Assembly (NCBI GenBank): GCA_032718475.1
Contig: JAUCBJ010008518.1
Span: forward strand, 1 to 32,915
Reading direction: 5' to 3'
Length of the DNA: 32,915 bases
DNA from: Nemertoderma westbladi
Lineage: Eukaryota > Animalia > Xenacoelomorpha
Below the pieces are notes generated by a model that was given only the letters and a program-made list of their open reading frames with translations, was not told where the DNA came from and searched no databases. The position numbers and the translations under genes are program-made. Below are positions 1 through 11,372 of the stretch, one piece after another (within the stretch, counting starts at the first letter, position 1; each line of letters opens with the position of its first letter).

Positions 1-134
1 GGTGGACAACCCACGACTTTTTTTTGAGGGGACTCCTCTTAAAGGATATTGGCCTTGAAGATGCGGATAGTCTCGCGAAAGTCATGGTGGATAGGGAATT
101 GTGGCGGTGCAACATAGTTGACAAGCCGGCATAG
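1..134 (+). mobile_element. 3' end remnant of an RTE-like non-LTR retrotransposon ORF
   Basis: Frame 3 (33-134) reads LLLKDIGLEDADSLAKVMVDRELWRCNIVDKPA*, preceded out of frame by GGQPTT. This resembles the RTE-clade C-terminal pattern GRPxxT...L..D.GL.....L...M.DR..WR. It is frameshifted at the T-run. Confidence 0.5.
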
Positions 135-740
135 CATTCTTAATGCACGCTGTATTGGGCTTGACAATTGTTTATTGCATTTGACAAAATATTTTTGTTA
201 AGCCAGCATGACATATCATAGTATTTGATAACATGATGGTTGTTGATACATGTATGTACAGTACAATATTTTCTATTGAATCCGAATTACGTGCATATAA
301 TTAACGGTAAACCGATTCCAAACCTTGTGAAAAATAATTCTCAATATTTGTAAAAATCTCATAAAATTGGGTTTTGGATACATAATTTATAATTTACTTA
401 AATCAAACAAACTTTCTATGTTTGGTTGGAAATTTTGTTTGTTTGAAGAAGATAATAGATGACTTTATAACAGATTATGTTGGAAAACAAAAACCGAACT
501 TTGAATGCTAGAAATAAAATGTCAATAGGTAGTGGAATTGTTGTATAATATTTGGATGTTATTTTAAGATCACATGGAGGTAGTATTTGGTGCATTATAA
601 TGTAATTTCTCATTTAATATAAAATTATAACAGTTTTATTGCCATTTCTTTGTGGATATAATTTAACTAAAATATAAATAAAAATATTTTCAAATATAAC
701 ATGATTTTTAATTTATCGTTTGTTTTGCAGATAATTTAAT

Positions 741-1200
741 CAGAGGCGAGGCGAGGCGCGGGCGGCAGAGGGTGTACTCGCCCTGGGGCGCAGTTGTCGC
801 TGAATTGTTATACAGTAGTAAGAGTACAGTAGAGTCAGTTCTTAGTAGATCTTCTTCAGCTAATAAGTAATTAGTCTCTGGAATGGTGCGGATCACTTTA
901 ATAAGTTGCAAAATTTCAAAAAAAAATTCAAAATTTCAACTTTGCTCGTTTCGCTCGTGTTTGGTGGTATCCATTATAGACTTTCCTTCTGTGGTTTGAA
1001 ATATAATGCTTTCAGTTATTTATATTCGGAAGAAATTATCGTTCCAGTGAAATATGGAAAAGCGCTACGCTTTTTTTTTTTTTTTTTGCTTTATACTGTG
1101 CATCAAAATTCTTTCCAGGGGGGGGGGGGGGGGGGGTGGGGGGTGGTGCCGAAATAATATGTCGTTGTCCCCCGGACGCAGAAACCTTGCTCCGCCACTT
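741..1200. mobile_element. Degenerate MITE / non-autonomous DNA transposon (hAT-like CAG termini)
   Basis: Left end CAGAGGCGAGGCGAGG is an imperfect inverted match to right end CCTTGCTCCGCCACT (rc AGTGGCGGAGCAAGG). Internal poly-G, poly-T and a GCTCGTTTCGCTCG motif. No clear TSD. Confidence 0.45.
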
Positions 1201-1714
1201 TAAAACATTATTATGGCGTTATTTTAAATGCACCAACACTCTTCCCTAGTGCCCGCAAAATAACTATTTTCTTCGAGAATTGTAATCTAACACATTATAC
1301 ATAAGATAGTTCTCGTCTCTATTAAAATCCGAGCGTTAAGCTATGGTTTGTGTGGTAGGCCTACCGTTGCACCGGTACGGCATACAGATAGTCAGTGAAA
1401 TGAAATTAAGTGCGGTGGATGAACTGTACCGAGTTTACCGGTAATGCAGCAAACTGTCATCTGTACGGGGGTTCGCGTATAGATGCAAGTGGTCGTGCAA
1501 GTGACGCGTATAGACGCCAGTGGTTTCCCTCAACACTCATAATCTATCATGCTCAGATGGCTACCCGACCCCTTGTGATTAAGATGATTAAACGCCATGT
1601 CTTGACAAGTTGGCGCACCTCAAGCAGATGTGTCAGTCCCGATCTTCCACAAAGATTGTATCTACAGTAAACAACCACCAGAGAATCAGCAGCATTGCCA
1701 TTAATAATTAGGAG

Positions 1715-1965
1715 ATAACCTGCAAACTCGACTATATTGTGGTTAACCTTAATGATTCCACAACATAATGCTACACGGCTATCTTCAGTTGGGATCAACT
1801 ACTGTACGACATCTCCCTAACATCCGATGGATTGATCCTCTCAAAGAAGACCATCCAGGACCTGGACATTATCCAACTCCCACGCAACTCCCGACACCCT
1901 TCGAGTTACAGAACTGTCACATCCCTTGCGATTCACTTATGGAATGACCTCCTAAGTGAGTTTGG
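1715..1965 (+). pseudogene. Possible highly decayed L2/CR1-like RT C-terminal fragment
   Basis: Scattered motifs across frames (KLDY, QHNATRL, LAIHLWNDL) occur in the order expected for L2/CR1 RLDY...QNAAARL...LWNxLP. Many stops and shifts. Confidence 0.25.
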
Positions 1966-3411
1966 AGACATTATTGGTAACAACTTGGTTACGCACTTTC
2001 AGATGATGATGATGTACTGCCCAACTATACACATACAGCTGAAGGATGTGGCCAAAATGTTACATATCAATTGGGTGAGACCTGTCCGATCTGTTGTGAT
2101 GTAGGACAAGGAGAAGGAACTCCTGGAGCAGTTGGAAGTCATCGTCCTTGTCAAGGAACCCATGGACTGGGCACATCCCGTGTAAAAGCTTCTGTGGGAT
2201 ATAACTGGCCCCTTTTGCTTCGCAATCCAGTTTCCCCACAGGCGCTGGAATACTCTAAAAAGGTTCTCTAACTGTATATATATTCCCCTCGCCCGCAAGG
2301 TACCTTTACAGGTGTTTTAACGGACATAAAAATCATTCTGCTATATACGTGTTTTGGCGGACATGGTAAGGCAAAAAACCTGTAATGCACCAACTACCTT
2401 TCATAGCTTAGCCGTGATAATTCATATTACGACATCTAGCAGCTGGTTGCTGACATGGAAACAGCCATTAGATGCAAGGTTCTTTGTTTGGCTTGAGCCA
2501 ATCAGAGCGATTTTTCCTGTCGACGTGTAGCTTTTTAGTCGATCATAAGGAGAGTGTTCAGTCTTACTGTTTTTTCTGGATACTTTGTTGTTATTGCTGT
2601 CTAAGCCAGAAACACCGGCCTTTTGGGAAGAACTCTAGTAAACTGCTTGAATTATCGAAAGTATAAACTGTTACCTTACCTCATCTCACCTTGATACTTT
2701 ACTTACTTAATTTAATTGCATTAATCATATTGTTTGTACTGTTATTTTACCGTCAGTTATTAATTGTACCTATTTGTTGATGGAAATATTGCTATTTGGA
2801 TAATACGGATAAATCACCCAATTCCCAATTTTCTTGATAACACTAAAGGTTAGAGAGACCGGCTATACATAACAATTGCGATTTATATTAATGTGGTGTG
2901 TATTGAATCCAATGTTATTTAGCAGACCCTACGTGAGTCAATTACTGCTCTCTTTATGTGTGATCAAATGTACTGACTGTCGGCAGAATAGTGTGTATGA
3001 TCGTGATTGGTAACAAAGTATTTCCTAAAGAATACGCTTTATACTTTAATCATAAGCAGTATCGTTGCGTTTTAGTATAAGTCTTAGTTCTGTTTAAATA
3101 GATAAAGCGCCACGTCCTAAAGGAACTGTTAATATTTCCCGAAAGCCAATAATATCTGTCAGAGATTAATTATTAACGATCTATCGAATAATACATTAGG
3201 TATACACTGCAACCTTACACTGTAATAATACAATTCAAGCATCCGAATTCAGTCTCCCGGGTGTAGATCCATCGGGTGAATGATCGCGCATGGGCTGACT
3301 TCGGCTAATGTTTTGTGTATAAATATCGTCGTATGCTAAAGGTGTTTTAATTAACTAAAAGACATATAAATTTTGGCAGGTTAAACTGCTAAAGGTCTTC
3401 AAAAGCGCGAA

Positions 3412-3520
3412 CATCCCGTGATGGATGAAGCCTGACCCAATGGAAAACTGCGATTCTCTGTGGACATCTGAGACTTAAACTCGCAGGTCCACGTCAGTAT
3501 TATCCGATGCCAAACACACA
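3412..3520 (+). pseudogene. Decayed Ty3/Gypsy reverse transcriptase fragment
   Basis: Translates HPVMDEA*PNGKLRFSVDI*DLNSQV, aligning with HPLVVAPKSDGTVRVCADLTKLNSQV of the intact Gypsy ORF in this window. Two in-frame stops. Confidence 0.45.
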
Positions 3521-4276
3521 GATGGCACGCGCATGTGACTGCAGCTGGTACCTCAGAAATTGGAATTCTCTCTACACCCCCTCTATTTAAAGGTAGCTAT
3601 TGAAAATAATAAGGAATAACGCCGCGCATCATGACATGAGAGATTCCATAACTTTTCATTATATAAGCAAGCAATATATCAATGAATAATATGAACATAC
3701 AATATTTATAAAAGTCCAGAAAAAAAAATATTTGAGGAAAATAATCCATACGGTATTTGAAAGCGTATGTTTCCTCAAGTAATTGTCAATTGAGAAATTA
3801 ACTACAAACTCCTCCTCACACCTTGCCAGATTTTCTCTCCCGAAAACAAATTGGTATGCCAAGAGATAATACTACTGGAAACATTTTATGTCATTACATT
3901 TTAAAGCATTATAGGCCTATATATTTTATATTGATTGTAATAATATATGAAGGCAATAACCTAAAGGTGATACATTAATTAGTACTTGCCATATAAATTA
4001 ATAACGCTGTCATTGCTGTTTCGTTGACTACTTACTGTATGCCCCTAAATTAATGTGAATAACTTGACATTAAAATAAATCTCCAAATATGATATGACTT
4101 TTATTTCGTTAAAATGTGGATAATAATTTTAATAGTGATTGTTTTAAATCATCAAAACATTCGATTCAATTTTAACCAAGGCTTCCTAATTACTAGCAGC
4201 CGGTCCATTTTTAGAACGCCTTGATTTTAACTCACATTAACAATATAAATTATTACTAAATAATTAAAATAGCATA

Positions 4277-5767
4277 ATGTATCTTATTATAATCACTTTG
4301 TTGGCCATAACAATATGTTACTACATGTTCTTAAGATCTTCAAGCGATGGATATTTACCGTTGGCACACCGTGGCTGGCCAATTATAGGCAGCTGGTTCC
4401 AGATTGTTCGACCACCTTGGATTAATGGACCATTCCTATTACAAACCGCGAAAAAATTGGCTATTCCCGCTGCCAAATTTTACATTTTGAATCGTACGGT
4501 AATTTTTCTGATGAGAATCGATGTAATTAAAAATATTTGTGTCACACAAAGCGCAAATTATAACATGCGACTCCCTACCACTCACATTAGCACGATAATT
4601 AGCAGACAGAAAGGATTACTGCAATCTACCGGAAAGTATTGGCAATCACACAGGAAGACAAGTTTCGCAATGATGCGCTATTTCGGGATCGGAAAACGGA
4701 ATTTTCAAGATGCAATTTCACAAGAGGCAAAAGTTTTGTGCGCTCGGATTAGTAATGAATATAGTTTGATTCCTTTTGAGCCACAACATTTCATAAACGA
4801 TGCGATTGCCAATGTTATTTCTGCTATTGTGTTCGGCACCAGGTTTAGCTATGACGACAAATACTTTGAAAAGTTGAATTACTTGATTAAATTCATAGCG
4901 GATGAGGGTCAATTCAGTCTGTCTGCGCCATTATACAAAATATTGCAACACATTCCCGGCACGCATGTAAGGAAGTACATGGTATTGCACAATGAACTTA
5001 TATCATTGATTGGGCAGAAAGTGGATGAACACAAAGTTGAGATGGAGAATATTAATGAACCTCGGGATTTTATCGACTTCCTTATTGTAGAGCAGAACAA
5101 GGAACTCAAAAACAACCATACAAACGATATATTTGATGGTTTTAGTATAGCTATGATTGTAGGTGATATGTTTGCTGCAGGTACAGAAACCACATCCAAA
5201 ACTTTACGATGGTTAATTCTGGCTTTGACGAAACATCCAAAAATTCAGAGGAAATTTCAGGATTTACTGGATAATAGAGTAGGCAGAGACAGGTATCCGA
5301 CTTTAGAAGATGTGGAAGGAATTCCATTCATAAATGCTTGTATTCTAGAAACTTTACGGATAGGAAGCGTTGTCCCACTAACAGTACGGTCTTCTGAAAG
5401 AGACGGGAATATTTCCGGATTAAGACTTCCGAAGTCTGCCCCACTTGTTATCCACCTTTGGGCTTTGAATCACAACCCAGATTTATGGACAAACCCAGAC
5501 GAATTTAATCCAAACAACTTTCTAACTGACGATGAACAAACTCTTAAAATACCGGATAATTTCATTCCATTTGGTCTCGGCCCACGATCCTGCTTAGGCG
5601 AGAAATTGGCTCTTATGGAATTGAAGATTTTTTCAGCCTACCTATTTCACCAATTCGAGTTTGAACGAGTTGAGGGGGGAATTCTCCCATCATTAAATGA
5701 GAGTCGAGGTGAATTCCTAACACTGGAACCAATGGAGTACAGTGTAAGAGCTGTGAAGAGGAGCTAG
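4277..5767 (+). CDS. Cytochrome P450, CYP2 clan, single coding exon (496 aa)
   Basis: N-terminal TM anchor, GWPIIG hinge, C-helix WQSHR, FGIGK, NVISAIVFGTRF, PRDFID, I-helix AAGTETTS, K-helix ETLR, PERF-like FNPNNF, heme motif FGLGPRSCLGEKLA. Confidence 0.95.
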   Translation: MYLIIITLLAITICYYMFLRSSSDGYLPLAHRGWPIIGSWFQIVRPPWINGPFLLQTAKKLAIPAAKFYILNRTVIFLMRIDVIKNICVTQSANYNMRLPTTHISTIISRQKGLLQSTGKYWQSHRKTSFAMMRYFGIGKRNFQDAISQEAKVLCARISNEYSLIPFEPQHFINDAIANVISAIVFGTRFSYDDKYFEKLNYLIKFIADEGQFSLSAPLYKILQHIPGTHVRKYMVLHNELISLIGQKVDEHKVEMENINEPRDFIDFLIVEQNKELKNNHTNDIFDGFSIAMIVGDMFAAGTETTSKTLRWLILALTKHPKIQRKFQDLLDNRVGRDRYPTLEDVEGIPFINACILETLRIGSVVPLTVRSSERDGNISGLRLPKSAPLVIHLWALNHNPDLWTNPDEFNPNNFLTDDEQTLKIPDNFIPFGLGPRSCLGEKLALMELKIFSAYLFHQFEFERVEGGILPSLNESRGEFLTLEPMEYSVRAVKRS

Positions 5768-6101
5768 TTAACTAAAATACAGGATGATTGTATTCTATTC
5801 CAATTTAGTATGGCCCCCATTGACACTGTCATGTGCCAATAGGGTTGATTCTGTAGGAACAATAGCCCCCCCAAACCAAACCGCACGTGAATCTGGTAAA
5901 TCAGGCTGGAAATTGAAGAATATGATAATGTTGATTAGCAAAATGTTAATGTTGATGGCTTTAATTGTAATGTTGTATGCCTAAATGTTAATGTTGATTA
6001 ATTAATGTTGTATGACATTTAATTGTTTCCTTGTTACCTATTATACTGTAAATTGTTTCAAAGCAATTAATTTGTTGCGCACCATATCAATGATTTGTAA
6101 C

Positions 6102-6107
6102 AATAAA
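6102..6107 (+). terminator. Candidate polyadenylation signal of the P450 gene
   Basis: AATAAA about 335 nt after the stop codon; position is plausible but unverified. Confidence 0.35.
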
Positions 6108-7108
6108 TTCAATTTCCACTGAAACGCTCTTTTTGAAACTCACATTTAAACAGGCAATCAACTTATGTATGCGATTATGAGTCTGGTTTCGGGTTCTGTA
6201 TTCCATTACTACGTTCAATAAACTTATCAGCTGTCAACAGATGGATACCAGATTCAAAGACAAAACACAGATTAATGTTATTAAGTCACCACTACCAATA
6301 AGCAAGGAGTTCTGTAGGTGTAAAATAATAATAATTGTGATGTTGATATAAGTACAATGTATACACTACTGCACAACCAATAAACCACTGTAGCACCAGC
6401 ACAAGTAAAAAGCTACCGGTACAATATAATTTATAAATTAGCAGTAGTGATACTTACGATAGGTTTACAGTGCAGTGATTACAATTAATTTGTTATTAAA
6501 TATTAATTTATTATTTTCAATGTAATTAATATTAGCCTACTACGAAAATTAATTACTTTTCTTCCAGTTTGCTATCCTATACATAGGCCTACTCTACTCA
6601 CAGCCCATACATAGGAGATGTGGGGGTGTCGTGTCGACGCCGCCGCCAAAATTAAACGCTCTCCAAGGGAAATTGGAGGGGATTAGGTAGGCCTACTGAT
6701 TACGAACAAATAACTGTAACGAACCTGTGAAGCATTGATATTGTTTTGGTTATGTTTAGTTTTCCTTAATTATAATAAATTATCATTGTTGATTCGTCAA
6801 GATACCATAGGCTTCAATACAGTAGAGTAAAGTCACACCCAGTCGTACACATAACATAATAGTAAAATAGTAATTTAGTAATTTTAATATAGCAATATAA
6901 TAGTATAAATATAATAAAATGTAATTTTTTTCTGTAATAAAAATATTGAGATTAGATAAAGTATTTATTACCTTTAGTACCGGTAGTGCTAATAATTAGA
7001 GGTGACCAAACTGCAACAAAAATACTATATTTTGTATTTTTCATAAGTTGAAAAATACTTTGTTATTGCTGCGATTTTACATCAGAGCAGAGAGCAAATA
7101 AAGTCAAT

Positions 7109-9448
7109 ATGAAACAACGAAAAATAATTAAGAGAGAAATTGATGTATCTGATAAAATAAATAACAACGAAATAAGTGAAAATGGTGAAGCCGTTGAAAA
7201 AAATAAGAACAATAAAAAGAAAGATAAACAAAGAGATAAATCAGACTCTAAATTCGATCTCAAAGTATGGTTGGGTTTTGACTGGACGGAAATTAATTCG
7301 GTATCAGCATTTACCAGACTGTTGTTTCGTCCTACTGACCCGGCTAGCATTGGAATTATTCGCTTTGCTTTTGGTCTGTGTATGGCGATGGATATGTTCG
7401 GAGAACGGTCTGTGTTAGCAGCCGATTATCAGTACGACCCAGATTTCTGCCAATTCCCGCTTTTTGACTTCATCAAACCCTTGCCTGTTGATTGGATGGT
7501 TGTCCTTCATTACGTCATGCTTGTTTGTTCTGTAACTATAGCATTGGGTTTCATGTACCGTATAACGTGCATTGCGTTTGCCATCATATATTGGTACGTC
7601 TTCCTATTGGATACTTTGTCGTGGAACAATCACAGCTATTTATATGGCATTATTATCACCTTGCTGATATTTATAGATGGTAACAGTTATTGCTCTATTG
7701 ATTCCCTTATTTGGCCAAGGTTAAGAAATCGACAGATACCGTTATGGAATTTGGGACTTCTTCGATTCCAGATATTTATAGTTTACTTCATAGCTGGTAT
7801 CAAGAAGGTTACTGATTATGATTGGATGATGGGTTACAGTATGATAGGATTGAGTTCCCATTGGGTATTCACTCCTTTTAAATTGGTATTGTCCAATGAA
7901 TGGGTAGATGTAATTATAATACACTGGGGAGGCATGGTATTAGATCTTATTTTCCCCTTCTTTTTGTTTGTCGACAATACTCGCGTAGTAGCTGCGTTCT
8001 TACTGTCAATGTTCCATGCAATGAACTCGCAGATATTCACAATAGGAATGTTCCCCTTCACCATGATCGCAACTCTGCCAATTTTCGCTCACTCCGATTG
8101 GCCTAAACATTTCATAAAACAATTTCCGAAGGGACTGCGGTATTTCCTGCCCACTGTGTTGCCAAGTGACCATAGTAATGACATCTGTATTTACAATCCT
8201 AACGTCTATAGAGGTTGTAAATTAAACAAAATGGAGATTAAAACTAAGATAAATCGTCAGCTATCTTGGTACCATTACGCAATTGCCTTGTTATTAGTAA
8301 CTTTTGCAACCGAGCAGGTGTTCTTGCCGTTTTCTCATTCTCTAACTCCGGGTTGCAACACTTGGTCCTACGGTCTTTACGGCTATTCTTGGGATATGAT
8401 GATGAAAAGATGGCAGCCTCAACATGTAAAGATATCCTTCACTAACACTGTTGAAGAGAAAATGTGGTTTCTAAAACAAGATGCATTTCTGAGAATTTCG
8501 AATCAACGATTTTTGCTCAATCCTAAAACACTACTCCAACATGCCCATTGCCTTCAAGATAAACTAGAAAATATTTTCGATAAAAACGTTACTTCTCTGC
8601 ATTATGACGTTTGGTTTTCTCTGAATCGCAGGTTTCAGCAGCGAATGTTTGACCCTCAAGCGAACATCCTCTCTGCCAACTGGTCCCATTTCGCTCGGTT
8701 TTCCCCGGTTCTTCCCATTTTATCCGAGCTCTCTGATTGGCGAAACAAACTCGAAAGTCTCAAACATGAAATTACCAAGAATAACTTTACAGTTACGTTT
8801 GTGGCCGACTTTCCAGGGATGAAGTTGGATAATTTTCTCCATAGTCGTATCATAAACGCGACGGTTGAACTTCTTCAAGGATCGGTCATAGTTGAGTTTC
8901 TGGATGACAAGAAGAAACCAAATGTAACATTAATTACAGTTGGAAGTGAGGTTTCCCTTCCATCAGGTGAATATCACACCATGCATGTTACGTCCGATGT
9001 GCCTGCTTGCTACATGTACAAGTATTTGGAAAAGGAAAAGATTTCGGAGAATTTATTCAATAATCTACGACGCGCAGTGACACACAATAACGGTACCACC
9101 AAGTCTAACTTCGACCTCCCCGCTGGGTATTTCAAGGCATCCAATGGCGATGCACTCTTCCAAGAAATATTACCAGAGGACAAAGGCGCCATTCTCCAAG
9201 ATGTATTTGAAAATAATTTTGAGAACAACGTGAAATTTGAATCCAACCAAGGATGGTATCTGACAGCCACGAAAAACTGGTTACAGGGTATCAAAGATAT
9301 TGTAAGGCAATGCTTTGCTGATTTTCTCGATGGTTCATGGAGACTGGGTATTGCTTTGCGTAATATCGCCAATGGGGCGCCAGGTAAACACAATATAGTC
9401 AGAGATTACTACTCGAAACCACCCACGATGGTTTCGGCAAGGTTTTAA
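7109..9448 (+). CDS. GGCX: Vitamin K-dependent gamma-glutamyl carboxylase, single coding exon (779 aa)
   Basis: Conserved blocks RPTDPAS, CQFPL, WNNHSYLY, YFIAGIKK (catalytic Lys pair), FHAMNSQ, IGMF, GLYGYSWDMM, RFQQR.FDP, FVADFPG; multiple N-terminal TM segments. Confidence 0.95.
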   Translation: MKQRKIIKREIDVSDKINNNEISENGEAVEKNKNNKKKDKQRDKSDSKFDLKVWLGFDWTEINSVSAFTRLLFRPTDPASIGIIRFAFGLCMAMDMFGERSVLAADYQYDPDFCQFPLFDFIKPLPVDWMVVLHYVMLVCSVTIALGFMYRITCIAFAIIYWYVFLLDTLSWNNHSYLYGIIITLLIFIDGNSYCSIDSLIWPRLRNRQIPLWNLGLLRFQIFIVYFIAGIKKVTDYDWMMGYSMIGLSSHWVFTPFKLVLSNEWVDVIIIHWGGMVLDLIFPFFLFVDNTRVVAAFLLSMFHAMNSQIFTIGMFPFTMIATLPIFAHSDWPKHFIKQFPKGLRYFLPTVLPSDHSNDICIYNPNVYRGCKLNKMEIKTKINRQLSWYHYAIALLLVTFATEQVFLPFSHSLTPGCNTWSYGLYGYSWDMMMKRWQPQHVKISFTNTVEEKMWFLKQDAFLRISNQRFLLNPKTLLQHAHCLQDKLENIFDKNVTSLHYDVWFSLNRRFQQRMFDPQANILSANWSHFARFSPVLPILSELSDWRNKLESLKHEITKNNFTVTFVADFPGMKLDNFLHSRIINATVELLQGSVIVEFLDDKKKPNVTLITVGSEVSLPSGEYHTMHVTSDVPACYMYKYLEKEKISENLFNNLRRAVTHNNGTTKSNFDLPAGYFKASNGDALFQEILPEDKGAILQDVFENNFENNVKFESNQGWYLTATKNWLQGIKDIVRQCFADFLDGSWRLGIALRNIANGAPGKHNIVRDYYSKPPTMVSARF

Positions 9449-10248
9449 CACATTGTGAGATTTGATTGAATTAGGATCGTACAGTATTAGTATTTCGTAT
9501 TCAATGATGTTATTTCACTCTAAATGACTCAGTAGAGAAGTTGTCATAATCAATTGTCTGTTTCACAAACTATTTCACACAAGTTTATATAGGAAGAGAG
9601 GAAAGGACAATTCCTATCTATTTTGTTGTATTATTAATTGTCGAGACAGAGGTGGTAGGGGAGGGGGCGTCTATTTTCGTCTGCGAGTCAAATTTCGAAT
9701 GCGCCACCCCCCCTGCGTGTCTCCCACACCAATATCGAAAAGTTAATACTTAATTATATTTTAAAACACAATTTATTATGATCAAGAATAATGTAAAATG
9801 TGCACGTAACAATTTGGAATTACCATTATTATTATTTAGCTTATTGGTTGGTGTAGGTTAGGTAGGTATATTGTGTAGCATTTGAGCTATTATTTGTAAG
9901 ATTTTTACTTTGAGGTGCAATATTGAAATAATACAATATATATTATATATTTTATGCCCGTGTAGAACATTTTTATCAATATTGAACAGGTTGTGGGCCA
10001 TGACGAATGCTACCCAATAGACTAAAATGGTAGTTTAGGTACCCTCGACCATGTTTTATTTGTTTTGTTGATAGCTGTTAAACAACTTTAAGTGTGCAAT
10101 CGTAGCTCAGTTAGTATTATGTTCCGGTAGTGTTTATTTATAGACGCCCATAATTATAGAGATATTATTATTCACCAGACAAATAATAATTAATAACTCC
10201 TTCACTTTTTAACGGCGAGCATTAAGTAATAATAGGTCTACAGCTACA

Positions 10249-10463
10249 GAGACACTGTTGACTTGACAATAATCATCTGGACCAATCAGGAAACAGTATT
10301 CGCCTACAGTACGCGTATGTGAAATCGCTCAATGTAATGTATAATAGATACGTGGATACGTACGCACCGCACACACGTGGATACGTACGGCATACGTTGA
10401 AAAGTAAAACCCATATAAGTAAAAAAATATGATGTCGGGGATAGCCCCAAGAGACAGTGTCTC
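10249..10463. mobile_element. Short non-autonomous element with sub-terminal inverted repeats and hairpins (Helentron/HINE-like architecture)
   Basis: GAGACACTGT (10249-10258) is the exact rc of ACAGTGTCTC (10454-10463). Hairpin GGGG-ATAG-CCCC at 10437-10448. Duplicated ACGTGGATACGTACG at 10350 and 10375. Confidence 0.4.
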
Positions 10464-10516
10464 GTTTCCATGGCGGTCCCCTGAAAATAGTTTAAATTAA
10501 ATAAAAGGACATACTA

Positions 10517-10772
10517 GGGGGGGGGGGACTGGACGCATTAAAAATTCATCCCTCATCTTTCCAGGGGAAATTGGACGCAAATTACAGATGATTACTCTCA
10601 AAAATAAAACTGTAACCTGTTCCATTGCCTTTAGTTTATAGTTTTGGTTAAAATAGCGTACCACCGGCTGTTCCTTTCCCTAAATTGAGAATTTAACATT
10701 GAGGCGGAATATTACAGTAATTCGCCAAGGCGGGTTTTGTGTCCAGTTTCCCCCCCCCCCCCCCCCCCCCCC
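10517..10772. mobile_element. MITE-like element with poly-G/poly-C inverted termini
   Basis: G(n)ACTGGACGCA at 10517-10537 versus TGTGTCCAGTTTC(n) at 10738-10772 (rc G(n)AAACTGGACACA). Third copy GGGGAAATTGGACGCA near 10564. Confidence 0.55.
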
Positions 10773-11048
10773 TGTCTCAACTCTATGGGATGTAATTATA
10801 TTACGCTAATACTGTAGATAATAGATAGCTAGATAATTACGCCAGAGTGTTGACCCATAATCTGTACGGACGAAATAAGTTCGGTTTCGTTCATTACCGC
10901 GAACAACTTTTGCCGTTGTGTCCCATTTATTTGATCGAGGGTTTTGTATCCGAACATGCTCGCCTTAATCGGCTAAAATCGGTGTCAACTAGGTGCCTGT
11001 TATCAATAAGGAAGAAAGGATTATAAACAATAATAAGAAATGGCTGAA

Positions 11049-11372
11049 GGTTTTCATTTCAGATATTTCTAAAATGTTTTCATTTCTGCACACTAGCGGT
11101 AGACTGGAGAACTGCCGAGGGATTACCGTCCGAACAAAGGCGCAACCTATGGATGTTCTATGGTAGACCATACATAACCGAAAACAATAAATAATTAAAT
11201 GATAAAAAGTTTTCATTTTCAGATATTTCTACCTCTAGCGGCAAACTATAGAAGTGTAGAAGATGTCTAGCACATATAAGCCACGTTTCAGCTTAAACAG
11301 ATAAATCTAGGGAACGGTGGGTGGTTTTCACTTTCAGACATTGCACCTTCTAGTGGCAGACTGGAAAACTGC
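11049..11372. repeat. Three diverged copies of a GTTTTCA(T/C)TT-CAGA...CTAG(C/T)GG motif block
   Basis: Similar blocks begin near 11049, 11209 and 11324, each ending in CTAGCGG/CTAGTGG-(C/T)A(G/A)ACT. Confidence 0.55.

Noticed and set aside
2030-2175. Possible RTE 3' zinc finger and 3' UTR remnant
   Set aside because: Resemblance needs several frameshifts; too weak to call without alignment.
3230-3400. Possible structured ncRNA (RNase P/MRP-like)
   Set aside because: Conserved regions not found in the right order; the adjacent sequence is better explained as a decayed RT.
5495-5525. PERF motif reading PNNF as a sign of inactivity
   Set aside because: CYP2-clan enzymes commonly vary here (e.g. 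PEHF, PENF); the other motifs are intact.
4277-9448. P450 plus GGCX as a vitamin K metabolic cluster
   Set aside because: Known vitamin K omega-hydroxylases are CYP4F (clan 4); this enzyme looks CYP2-clan, and adjacency alone is not evidence.
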